Source: Licmophora abbreviata (Eukaryota). From it: a stretch of 33,647 nucleotides of DNA. How positions within the stretch are numbered: position 1 is the first letter of the stretch; each line of letters starts with the position of its first letter. This document shows, in pieces, positions 21,292-32,591 of the stretch. Position numbers and translations under genes: made by a program. The notes under the pieces are model-generated. The model was not told where the DNA came from, did not search any database, and was given only the letters and a program-made list of their open reading frames with translations. The DNA lies in contig OLMU01000444.1 in assembly GCA_900291995.1 (NCBI GenBank), positions 1-33,647 on the forward strand, written 5' to 3'.

Positions 21292-22822
21292 TCACGGCTG
21301 ACTCGCCGACGATGAATCAAGCTGAGGAAAGTCCACGAACGGCATGAGAGTGTCCCTCATTTCGCTTACAGGTGTTGGTTCAAAGGCTTCGCTTTCTTCT
21401 CCCATCGGCAGCATGGCGAGATTCACAAGCGACGAGTCTCGACTCAAAAACCCTAGACTTCCAGTTGGACCTAAAAGGAGGTTTTGCGCGGGATCATCAG
21501 GGATGGCGTCAATTGCTTGGGAAGCCTCCTTGAGCGAGTTTTTGTAATTGTTGGTCAGCTCCGACAGACTGGACTGAATGTCAACTTGCGAATCTGCAAA
21601 TGGCATTGAGTTTAGGGACGAGTCAAGGGCCGAGGAAGCAGCGCCCAATGAAGTGTTGTTTGTTGCTGTCGCACTAAGGTAGCCGTGTCGGACACCCTTG
21701 CCAGCCGCAGCTCGCGCCAATGCCTTGTGGTCATTTGATGTTGGTAGATTGCCTCCTTGATTCTTGAGATAGCCATTCAGTTGGTGCTTAACGCCCTTCC
21801 CAACGGCAATCTTGGTCGACGCGACGGACGTCGTTCCCGCATCCTTCTGGCTCCGATCAAGTATACCCTTGAGTACTGGATTAATATTCCGGGATGATCT
21901 AGTGCCTGCGCTTGTCGAAGATTGTCTCTTGAGGGAGGACGGACCCGTCCGATCACGCTTGCGGGATGGTGCTGGCTTCTCCGTTGCAGGGGGTCCCGTC
22001 GCGCCAGACTTTCGCTGCATCACCATCAAAACAGCGGAAAGAGCACAGTGTAAGTGCAAATGAATAGCCAATCGGCATCGAGCAAATGGTTCTTCTTTCT
22101 GGTCGACGCAGCTTACCTTTATGAGTAACAGACTGCTGAGGTCTCTCGTCGCCGCGTCGTTGACATATGAACAAGGTGCCATCTTGCCCTTGCCGGCTAG
22201 CTTGCGAAATCCAAAGTAGTTCAGCTGTCTTTGAAACGAAGCAAACTTGGAGTGTCGAAAGTAATTGTTCAACACTTCGCTCTGTAAACGATGTGGGCTG
22301 TGTACTTCGATCCTGCCTGGGAGACGTGAAGAGGGGAGATATATGCCGTAGTGTGAGTCATCATTGGAACTAAGCACGCCATAGCAACCAATCGATACAA
22401 ACATTCTTCCCGAACTCACCATTTGACCATTCAATGATTTCACGATTGTTATCTGTCAACATCTTGGTGAGTTGATAGAGAAACTCTGGTACAGTGTTTG
22501 CATTAGGCACCGGTGCCGCAGGGGCAGCCGCTGTCGCCAAGGGCATGATGGGAACGGGTACGGCAGCGACGCTGTTCGAAGACGACACGGGAGCAACCGA
22601 AGGATTCAGTAGAGGAGATGTATCTTCTTCAGAAAACAGGAATGTATTCGGATGATTCAAGGCATTGGCGAAGGCTTTGTCGTCAAGTGTGCTGCTGTTG
22701 ACAACTCCTTGTTGATCACCTCTTGATTGCTGGTACTGAGCTGCGGTCGCCGAAGAGTCGAGCGAGGATGTAGATGAGACAGCGACGGGTCTCCTGGTTG
22801 TCGTATCACTATTGTTTGACAT
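21292..22822 (-). CDS. HSF: Heat shock transcription factor, 3 exons, about 441 aa
   Basis: [19 protein letters not shown] joins [26 protein letters not shown] via intron 22317-22419 (GTGAGT..CAG). A second intron 22015-22116 (GTAAGC..CAG) restores LLIKRK as in the paralog. Confidence 0.92.
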
Positions 22823-23655
22823 GGTAATGCCCTTGTGTATTGTAAAATGTGATGTCAAGTATGTGAGCTTGTAAATTCCCCAATCACCCGTACGCTGACG
22901 CAGTCACGGGATCGAATCCAATTCTGATGTGCGATGGAAAAACAATCGATGGATGAGACGCGAGGGTTGGGCGCTACAAGAGGCGTTTGCGGTGTTAAGG
23001 AGAGCTTAGAAAGAGACAAGATTGCCGAATGACAACTTTGTGCAGCTTAAGGAGTCGCTTCATGTGCACATCACTGGATCGTTCGTCGGTTGTCACACTC
23101 GCAATTCTGGCTCGTTTCAATTTGTGAGCATCGGTATCTACGTAGAATCTGTACTGGGATCAACCGAGACCGACACTTTGGCCTGACTCAGCACTAGGCC
23201 AAGCGGGAAAGAGTCATTTGGACGAGGTATTCGTACCTTATTTCGAATCTTCTCCCAAACCAGGTGCAGTAGGGTCAAATGACAATGGGAGAGACAGTAC
23301 AGGGTAACAAGAAGATCACAACGTTCGTCCTCGTGTCACGAAGCGGCTTCAATGAGACGATGATGGGGCCTTCATTTTTTGCTCCTGCGCTGTTTTGCGT
23401 CTTGGTCAACTTCAAAAGGCCACGTCATGTGAGAAAAATTTAGCTTCGGGTTTTGGATTCCAGATTCCCAAGGTTTTGCCTTGGATTGATCCGATGACGC
23501 AAGTTTTGACGCGCACGCGCGCCACCACACCTCACCGCAAGGATCTTCGACGAACACAACAAGAAATGATGCTAAACCTTCTCGAGCACTGTTAAGACAG
23601 AACTCGGGGAATCAATCGCTATAAACTGGCAAGCTCCTCCCTTGCAGTGAGAGCA

Positions 23656-26600
23656 ATGTATGAGAAAGAACTCAGTAGAAAAGGCACACTTATCTGTTTG
23701 CTTCTCCTTGTGCTATCCTTCAGCGACGCCTTCACTCTCAGAATGGGTAAGTTCGAAATTCGACAGAATTGTGGCCAGTGAGTCAGTCACTTTAGTGGTT
23801 TATTGTGAGGAGTCTAACCGCCCCCTCTCTTGCTCCTCGTCAACAGGACTCCTCAAAGTTGGCGTTCCACAACCATGGGAAAAGTCTAAGAAAAATCTCA
23901 GCTACATTCGACAGGCGGGTGTTCGGCAATTCATTTCCACCTACAACCGAGTCAAGGACCTGAAAGGAGACGAGCTGCTCTGGGGAGACGAAATTGAGTA
24001 TGGTGTGTTTGTACTAGATCCCGATGCAAAAAAGATTCGACTGAGTCTCCGAGGGAAAGAAGTGAGTGTTGGAATTGAAGTCTCTAATGAAATGTTGACT
24101 ATGTCAGGAACTGACGACGTTGCACTCCATCACTTACGTTCAGATAATGGATGAATTGAACCAGAAGGAGCGAGAGCACTCTCTTATGACTGAAGGATGC
24201 AGCTGGGTGCCAGAGTATGGCGCTTGGATGGTCGAGGCAACACCAAGTCGTCCTTACACTGGTTATACGTCAGATCTGTTGCGGGTCGAACGCAACATGA
24301 GGTTGAGAAGGAAGCGCATGCTCACTGTCTTGCATGAAAACGAGATTGCGCCTACCGTATCAACCTTTCCGATGCTGGGTGCCATGGGCGATGACGGGAC
24401 AGTACCACAGACTGAGGTGGGCGGGCCGTGCACGGAGAGCGAGTACATTGGTGATGAAATCATCAATCCGCATCCTCGCTTCGGCACCTTGACCGCCAAT
24501 ATTCGGCAGCGACGGGGGGCGAAAGTGAGCATTCGGGTTCCATTGTTTCGTGACCGTCATACTCCAGAGTTTAGTAACCTCGAGCTCCCGCACGGGATTG
24601 TAGATGGATGCTGTGGGAGTGACACTCAGCAGCTGTGGCGTTATGGCAAAGGTGACATTTGCGAAGAAAAGTACGGAAGAGACTATGTCATTGTGGGATG
24701 TTCGACCTCGTCCAAGGACGAAGAATTCCAGGAAGAAAGCGGAGGTGTTGTGACGCTACAAAAGTGGTTGGTAGATGTGAAATGCGATGGGTGTCGTGGT
24801 CTGTTCTACAGGAGTGCTCCGAACGTCATTGTGCCCGATGCTGATTGGCCGCGCAACGGCGACATTGTCGTCGGCAGTGAAGTTCCTGATACGCCAGGTA
24901 CGTTGAAGTGAAAGAAACGACAAGCAGACCTTTTGTTGAAACCCGATCTCATTCTTGACGTTGTGTATCAACAGGATGGATCAGACTTCAGAATGGTTAC
25001 TATTTGCCGATGCAGAGCGAAGATGGCAAGTATCCGTTCTTACACAAGGTTTCGACTCGAGCAGCGCCTTCCAACACAGAAATGAAACGAATCGGCTCCA
25101 ATACGCCCTTGTTTCGGTCGGAAGGCGGAGAAGAGCAAAGTCCTGAATGGCTCTTGATAGGAGGCATGGCGGTTGCGAGCCCACAGGTCGAAGAGCCTGT
25201 GCCAGCCATCAAGGTGAAACCCCAAGTAGAGCAAAGCGAAGAGAACGTGCGAGCCTCTATCCATATGGATGCCATGGCATTTGGAATGGGGTGTTGCTGT
25301 CTACAGATTACGTTTCAAGGAAAGGATCTAGACGAAAGTCGATTCATTTACGACCAGCTGGCAGTCATGGCGCCCATTATGATGGCTCTTACGGCATCGA
25401 CTCCAGTTCTCAAAGGACGCGTTGCTGATACGGATTGCCGATGGGGAATTATCAGCGAAAGTGTTGACGATCGCACCCTTGCCGAGCGGGGACGCAGTGA
25501 TACGAAGGCTCCGCACGAGGGATTTGCTGGCAATGGACAGCGCAGAATCTACAAGAGCCGATATGACTCTATCAGCACATTCATCTACCAAGGCGCGCAC
25601 GATGTAAATGGCGAGAATGGATTGGCAAACCGTGTGTTGAATCTGTACAACGATGTTCCAGTGACAATTGAGCCAAAGTTCTACAAGCAGTTGAGGGATG
25701 CCGGCGTTGATCCTGGCCTGTCGCAGCACATCGCTCACCTATTCGTTCGCGATCCTCTCGTTGTCTTTGACGGAGAAGTCGAGGAAGTAGACGATGAGAC
25801 GCAAACAGAGCACTTCGAAAGTATCCAGAGTACAAATTGGTAAGTGCATCTCTGTGAAGTGTTGGCAACACAGCAGTGTTTTGTTCTTACTTGGCTCATT
25901 CTTTTTAACCACAGGCAAACCGTTCGCTGGAAGCCCCCGCCGCCTCGCAACGACCCAAACGATCCCCATATTGGATGGCGTACAGAGTTCCGTAGCATGG
26001 AGATGCAGCTAACGGATTTCGAGAATGCCGCGTTTACAGCCTTCATCGTTCTGTTGACACGTATCATTTTGAATTTCGACCTCAACCTATACATTCCAAT
26101 TAGCCGCGTCGACGCTAACATGCAGCGAGCACACAGTCGCAACGCAGCCGCCAAAGGTCAGTTCTTCTTCCGCCGTCACATGGCGCCGCTCGAACAAGGA
26201 GACGATGGCTATGGCGTGAAGTATTCATCCATGTTTGCAAGATCGAATGGCAACAGCGACGAGACTGTCTCTCATGAGGCATCTTCGGTATCGCCTCTCA
26301 ATGGACACGCTCGTGGTGGTGACGGTCTTAGTCGTGCTGTTAGCGATGAAGGTGTAAGCCACCAGCGAAAGACAGCACCGTTTGCTCCCGGGAGTGTCGA
26401 GGAGAACTCGTTTGAAGAAATGACGATGGCGGAAATCATGACCGGTAAAGGTGAATACTTCCCAGGTCTCATCCCGCTGGTAAACGCCTACCTTGACTAC
26501 ATTCGCTGTGACTCTATCACTCGGCAGCGGCTTAACACGTACCTCGACTTCATCGAACGCCGCTCCACTGGCGAGCTTGTAACTCCCGCCACCTGGATGC

Positions 26601-26959
26601 GGAATTACGTGCGAACGCACCCAGCGTATAAGGGCGACTCAGTCGTAACAGATGAGATTGCGTAAGTGTGTTTATGTGACTAACTTTGTTTTCTGCTAGG
26701 TCCAGCTAACACTTGCTCTTCGCTCAACGCTTCTTTTCTTAGTTACGACCTTATGGTCGCGTGCCGAGATATCGGCGAGGGGAAGCTGCACATTCCCGAG
26801 CTACTTGGTGACATCAAGATCGATCCAATTACTACTGATGGGGCCTATGAAGTGAAGCTTAACTCCAAAAAAATCCAGAACGAACAAATTCTGGCCCTTC
26901 TTCGTCGTTACACCAAGCGATCGGCCTTCTCTTCCGTGTCAACTGTCGAGGAGGGATGA
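23656..26959 (+). CDS. GCLC: Glutamate-cysteine ligase catalytic subunit (animal/fungal-type gamma-glutamylcysteine synthetase), 6 exons, up to 962 aa
   Basis: Exons 23656(or 23743)-23746, 23847-24061, 24144-24897, 24975-25839, 25915-26661 and 26743-26959, all with GT-AG introns and in frame. Motifs MGLLKVG, LLWGDEIEY, WVPEYGAWMVEATP, HPRFGTLTANIRQRRG, IHMDAMAFGMGCCCLQITFQ, KSRYDS, HFESIQSTNWQTVRWKPPP and GWRTEFRSME. Confidence 0.95.
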
Positions 26960-27350
26960 CGGCATCGTGGATAGAATATGTACTTAATGTGAATCACCTC
27001 TGCATACTGTACAGAACTTGCACGATACTGTACGCCGCCGAGGACCAGTGCATCATGGGCCAGTTGACATTAGGCTACTTGATTGAACGCTTAGCATTTG
27101 CGCAATCGTTCGAGCTCGCACCTCGCGGTCGGATGTAAAACAAATTCGAAGAGAGTTCGCATCGACCCACATCAAACTCGCCAAAAATCGTCACATCGAG
27201 ATAGCTCACTTCTGCATCTCACTCACAACTCGTCACATCGCACATCACAGAGTCACAGACGGCGATGCGGCGATGACCACCACAGGCTCTGTGGCGGCAC
27301 TTTTGCGGGTCATCTGAGTGCTTCATAGGACTCTCATAGCCTCTCAAGCG

Positions 27351-29384
27351 ATGCCATCCAGTGCCGAGCTACGACGGACGACCGCACCGATCAGGGCCGC
27401 GCGCGACGACAAGACATCGCCTCGATTCGCGCCGGCGTCTTCTGTTCGACATCGACGCCGGCACAGTGACGAACCGATGCTACCCATTTCTGTAGAAGGC
27501 ATGTCATGGGAGCGGAGAAGGAAAAGAGGACGGAAACGTGGCGTCCTGCATCGGAGGATGCTTGAGTTAGTTCGATATCTTGGACCGCACGTCACGGCGC
27601 GGTTGACAATTGGGGGTGGCCGTGTTCTTCTGATGACAATGATCATAGCTGGGTGGCTACGATGGAGAAGGGTGTCATCAGAGACATCATCATCTGGGTT
27701 TATAAATATCAAGCGACCGACTTCTCCGCTGTCCCTGCAAATACTCGTTGCTCGCTTTTCCGATACCAAGAGTCTTCCTACGTTTCGTTCCCCGCTTGAA
27801 ATGACGCCCTCGGCTGACGAAGAGGGATGGTACGTCGACTATGGACCCTTGCTAGATTTGCGCCTGCTTGAAGAGGAGGGCGCTAGAAGGGTAATATTTC
27901 ATGATTGGAACGAGGATCAAGGTGGAGTCCATCGCTTGAACTGGAAAGAGCGAGACGATGACAATGACCAGTACCACGCGTATGATGACGACGTCATTCG
28001 GAACCCGTACATGGCCTATGAAGACGATGGCATTGCTAAAGAAAATCATTGTCGACGAACAAACTGGCACCGATTGCAGTATCCCACTTGCAACGAGTTC
28101 CATGCTGCTGACTTTGTAACCAATGTCCCGCGCTATTTGAGGTATGTGGCCTTATTTGACCTGGCGATCTCCATGCCCCAGTTTTGTTCCTGCTCAATCA
28201 TGCTGTACTTCGTGATGAATTCACTATTAGTCATGGTGCATACCGTGAGGTGTTCCTATTCAACGTCACCGAGGAAATAATATGGAAGGAGATCCGAAGA
28301 ACAAAAGAGATGGAGTATGACAACTTCGAGTTTGTGAGAGTCGACGCCATGGTTTCCGAACGACTGTCTTCCGACCCCCGCGTCGTGGACATATACGGGT
28401 TCTGCGGGATGTCATTGTTTACTGAGTATTTCCCAGGGGAGGACCTAGAGGCGCTTGTATTGCCTACAGGTGGTTATTTTAGGAAGAAGCACCGCAAGGT
28501 GCAGGAGCAGCAAGGACTCGACGTTCTCCCTCTGAACAACCTGACAGCGTCTGCCAAGCTTAATCTCGCCTTTCAAATCGCCGAGGCAATTGCCGCGCTC
28601 CACAACTATGAGGGTGGAGTGATAGTTCACGACGATGTTCAGCCTGCACAGTTCCTTTTTGCCAAAGATGGACAACTCAAGATCAACGACTTCAATCGAG
28701 CGGAGCCGATGCTGTGGGATGAGGAGCATCACGAGTATTGCAAGTATCGAAACGGGCCTGGACAAGGCAGTGTACGTAGATATTCTATTTATTCAGCCTA
28801 TCTGAGAGTGTCTACATACGATCATATCTCACCTTGAATCGTTTCTTCTCAAAAGCAGTATCGCGCGCCGGAGGAGTATGTCGACAAACCGTTGAATGAA
28901 AAGATTGACGTTTGGAGTTACGGAAACCTTCTCTACAGCATTTTGGTATGCATTGCTTGTCTTGAGAATTGGCGGGTCACCGTGTATTTGTTTGTCTAAT
29001 GCTATTTCTCTCCCGGATTTTTTTTCTCAGACTGGCCTTTGGAACTTTTACGATGTGTCGGGCGAAGGCTCGATCGACAGCGCTGACGTAGTTCAGGTAT
29101 GACAACATGGTTTCCTTCCTCACGACCTCTGTGCCATTCGGTGCTCTATCTAACGGCCCTGTGCATCCTACATGTTCAAACAGCAAAAGGTGATCAACGG
29201 CGAGACTCCGCATGTCGACCCGGCGTACACTTCGAGGAGTTTCGGAGAGGGAAAGATTGTCGAGCTGATCAAACTTTGTTGGAAGTATGAGCCAGACGAC
29301 AGACCATCGATCGACAAGATTGTCCGCTTCCTGCGAAGCGCGATTCAGGACAGCAAGAAGGTGAAGGTTGGTGCGACTTCGTAG
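27351..29384 (+). CDS. Atypical protein kinase, PKDCC/VLK-like, with N-terminal membrane anchor, 5 exons, about 561 aa
   Basis: Exons 27351-28141, 28231-28771, 28859-28945, 29031-29096 and 29184-29384 are in frame. Motifs YLSHGAYREV, IWK, HDDVQPAQFL, KINDFN, YRAPEEY, EKIDVWSYG and CWKYEPDDRP. Hydrophobic segment VLLMTMIIAGWL follows a basic N-terminus. Confidence 0.88.
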
Positions 29385-29785
29385 ACATAGACAACCACGA
29401 TCCGCGTGTGACATGCGAGGCCTTGCGGAAAAGCCTTGGCGCATGATGTTGGCAGTATGATAGTTTAGCAATCAACTTCGAGAGCCTTGTAACTATTGAG
29501 CCGCTGATGTGCTGTTCTTCTAAATCCTCTCCATGTACTCCGAGTAGCGTTTACTATCCGCTAGCTATGTAAATCCATGGTGAAGACAAGACTGGGCATG
29601 AAAGTCGAGCGAGTCGAGTTGAGTCGAGTGAGTCATGAGCGGTAGATCTCTTGCCGCGTCGACAAAAAAATTCGCGCGCGTCATTGCGGCGTCGGTGAAA
29701 CCTTGAGGGAGACGCGACCATGGTATTCAACAAGACGACGGAGGAAGAAGCGCAATCGAAAGCGCCATAGAAGGAAGGACGTAAC

Positions 29786-31519
29786 ATGGAAGGCGACGAG
29801 GTGAAGCGGAAACTGACTCCATGCGATGCATCCGAAAAAACTGCAACGTTTTACATCCCTGCGGCACGTGTTCGAAAAGAAGGATTAGAGACGTCCACGG
29901 TATCCGAGAGCAAAGTTCCGCCCGAAGAAGCCTCGCGAGACCACGCAGACTCAGTCGACCGCACGGCTAAGGATGGTCCTATGACACAGGGCGATGTCGT
30001 CGTCGAAAGGACGGTTTCATCGATGCTTCCTTGTCTCAGTGCGCCGCTAAAACCTAAGGGATCCTCGGATCTGAAGCTCAAGTACAGCAGCCAGCTATCG
30101 CTACTTTGCGTCGAAGAAGGTATCTTGCAAGACGATGGCGAGAATAGTCACGGAAGCTCGTTTGATATTGCCATTGTATCCTCTCCCACCAAGAAGCAAT
30201 GTGTCACAGACAACTCGCTTGTTGAGTACGCTTTGGGCACGACCATGAGTCCCGATATGGAGCGCCTGCTCTTCTGTGACAATTTCCGTTGCCCACCTGT
30301 TCGAGACAACTCAGGCCTCTTCTTTGATGAGGTGCGAAGTGGCACTCCGCCTTTGATCAGCACACAAGGCTGTAATCTTCAGCCACGAGCTTGTCTTCCG
30401 TCTCTACCAGCACATGATGAACTTTTTTCATCCAGGAGAAAAGTTGGTTTTACCGCCAGTGGTGCGTCGTCTGCCTCGGGGCCTGTCAAGACGAATCCAT
30501 CGTTCGATCTGTCGACCAAGGCACAGAAGTATAACAGTCGAGCGATTCAGTCGCGTTCTAACTCTCTTCCTCTCCCACCGATGAGGATGCTGCGAAATGC
30601 GGAGCCGTGCTCCTTCGCCCAGGTGAACATATTGCCAGCAACTTCGAAGGAATCTGCACGTCAGCCTCCCGTCACACCTGTGAATGGCATCATGTCAACT
30701 ACCCCGGCCCCGTCGCGATCAAGCTCTCTTCCTCTGCCGACAAGCGTTTATCCTGGGGAGACGTATCGCTTCGTGACACCAAGGGGTCCTTCCCTTGAAA
30801 CGCCTACATCGAGCGACACAGCTCGCCCGTATGCGGCAAAGAAGCTGTCAACGACGAATCGTACTCTCCAACAGGAAATGCTCCGGTGCACGGAAAGTCT
30901 GACTGCTAGGTTCAACTCGGATGAGCTCATCGCTGACACGAACGCAACCATGGCAGGTCCTTCGAAGCCACGAACTCAGCTGCCCTCTCTCTGGAACACA
31001 CCTTCCAAAAGTCATATGCAGTCCAAACCGCTTCCTATTCGTCGCACCGACTCAGCGGTCAAACTAGCCAGAGTTGGCCCATTCGTTTCCGATTTCAAAA
31101 CGACGCCGTCTCCACCATGCCCAGAGAATCGACTCTCCCGGACAGCAAGTAACGATCCTTTCTCAGCCCTAATCATGCGAGGCGACATGGGTGGTGGCGA
31201 ATCCGTCATGCCTATGCGTCTTTCGTCGAGTCCTCCGAGTACGTTTTACGGAACCAAAACACGAAGCGATTTACTCGAGGAGGAGGAAGAAGAAGAGGAG
31301 CAGCACTACTTTTCCACTCCTCTCCAAAGCGCAGTCATTGATTCGGCCGCCATGATGTTGCTGTCTTCAGACATTCCTCATCCTCCTATCCTACAGATGT
31401 GTCGCTCGGCATCTTTGTGCGACGATGACTTGGCGTTGCTACTCAGTCTGGGAGACGATGTGCCTTCACCTCCCGGCTTCGTTCGGCGCCAGTCGTCATC
31501 GCAGATCATTGCTAACTAG
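29786..31519 (+). CDS. Hypothetical Ser/Pro/Thr-rich, probably disordered protein, 577 aa
   Basis: Long uninterrupted ORF starting AACATGG, with an 8-Glu run near the C-terminus. No recognisable domain. Confidence 0.7.
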   Translation: MEGDEVKRKLTPCDASEKTATFYIPAARVRKEGLETSTVSESKVPPEEASRDHADSVDRTAKDGPMTQGDVVVERTVSSMLPCLSAPLKPKGSSDLKLKYSSQLSLLCVEEGILQDDGENSHGSSFDIAIVSSPTKKQCVTDNSLVEYALGTTMSPDMERLLFCDNFRCPPVRDNSGLFFDEVRSGTPPLISTQGCNLQPRACLPSLPAHDELFSSRRKVGFTASGASSASGPVKTNPSFDLSTKAQKYNSRAIQSRSNSLPLPPMRMLRNAEPCSFAQVNILPATSKESARQPPVTPVNGIMSTTPAPSRSSSLPLPTSVYPGETYRFVTPRGPSLETPTSSDTARPYAAKKLSTTNRTLQQEMLRCTESLTARFNSDELIADTNATMAGPSKPRTQLPSLWNTPSKSHMQSKPLPIRRTDSAVKLARVGPFVSDFKTTPSPPCPENRLSRTASNDPFSALIMRGDMGGGESVMPMRLSSSPPSTFYGTKTRSDLLEEEEEEEEQHYFSTPLQSAVIDSAAMMLLSSDIPHPPILQMCRSASLCDDDLALLLSLGDDVPSPPGFVRRQSSSQIIAN

Positions 31520-31662
31520 AGAAGGCACTACCGTACTCATTGAATGAATGAATCATGCTGGCAGGTGCAACGTTCGAAGACACGTTTGGGGTAGTAGCAC
31601 CATAGGGGCTCAGCATAGAGAAAGACTAGACAAAATAGTTACATATTTCTACACGGCGCCAT

Positions 31663-32181
31663 TCAACTTTCTTTCCAAAGGGACTCGTTCACACGTTCCG
31701 AGCAAATTCCTTCATCAGCGTCGTTCCAGTCGACCTGTATTCTCGCCACAAGCTGCTCTGGGCCAAACTCTATTTGCTCCATGGGACTCGACAGAGCGAA
31801 CCATGACTTACCACCATCACTCTTCACTAGTTCCACGGCCACACCGCGGATGACACCGTGTTCACAGTTGTGAGTCCAAACAATCTGTAGACTTTCGACC
31901 CGCGCATACTTGTAGGCAGCATCGGTTCCATCGCCCACCTCCACACCATCTACCAGCCATGTCCCCGTTTGGTAGACAGCCATATCATCGTCCTCTAGGA
32001 TTGCGGATAAATGCCGATCGCCACGTCCGTACAAATCTGAATTAGATTGCACGTCAACATTCAACGACGACGACGTTTCCCAGACGCGCTCAAATGGTAT
32101 GTTTCTTTTCGAAGGGATCATGAAAGAAACTGCTGCTCTGATCATAACGAGCAGTAGGACAACAACTACAACGTGAGACAT
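31663..32181 (-). CDS. Hypothetical protein, 172 aa, likely plastid-targeted
   Basis: Hydrophobic signal peptide MSHVVVVVLLLVMIRAAVS|FM followed by a basic/Ser-rich stretch and a globular-looking acidic domain (YQTGTWLVDGVEVGDG, WTHNCEHG, FGPEQLVAR). Confidence 0.75.
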   Translation of the reverse strand: MSHVVVVVLLLVMIRAAVSFMIPSKRNIPFERVWETSSSLNVDVQSNSDLYGRGDRHLSAILEDDDMAVYQTGTWLVDGVEVGDGTDAAYKYARVESLQIVWTHNCEHGVIRGVAVELVKSDGGKSWFALSSPMEQIEFGPEQLVARIQVDWNDADEGICSERVNESLWKES

Positions 32182-32591
32182 GGAAAAGGTAGACGATCTC
32201 TCAAGACTGCAACAATGAAAATATGGCCACAGCGCCTCGCCCCATGATGCATGATCAACTCGATGATGCTTTGGACATGGCGGAAACGTAGTCGGAAATT
32301 GGCGCGCCAGTCTGTCCGACGCTCTGGTGTCACAAGCATCAAAAGTCGTAAGGATCTCCTCTCACGCACTCGCTAGCCCATAACCTTACTTAAACTTAAA
32401 AAGTCGCGACTGCGTTCACCTAGCTCGACTATTTTGACTGACTCGACGATTCACCATAAGCTATAATAGCGCCCTGCTTTGGTCCTGACGACTTCATAAA
32501 AGCTATAGACTAGCAACTTGAAGCTAGCAATACTGGTGCCAGTAGTGGCTACCTCATGTTGTCGAAGATGTTTATTAAAAGTCTATACCTT

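Noticed and set aside
23240..23255. GAATCTTC heat-shock-element-like site between the HSF and GCL genes
   Set aside because: It has only two nGAAn units, which is expected by chance. A functional HSE normally needs three.
23660..23846. ORF-track N-terminus of GCL (MRKNSVEK...)
   Set aside because: It reads through intron 23747-23846. Splicing restores the conserved MGLL start from a different upstream frame.
26175..26410. Second insertion in GCL (Gly/Ser/Asp-rich, about 75 aa)
   Set aside because: It is low-complexity and lies in a loop that varies in length among eukaryotic GCLs, with no domain signal.
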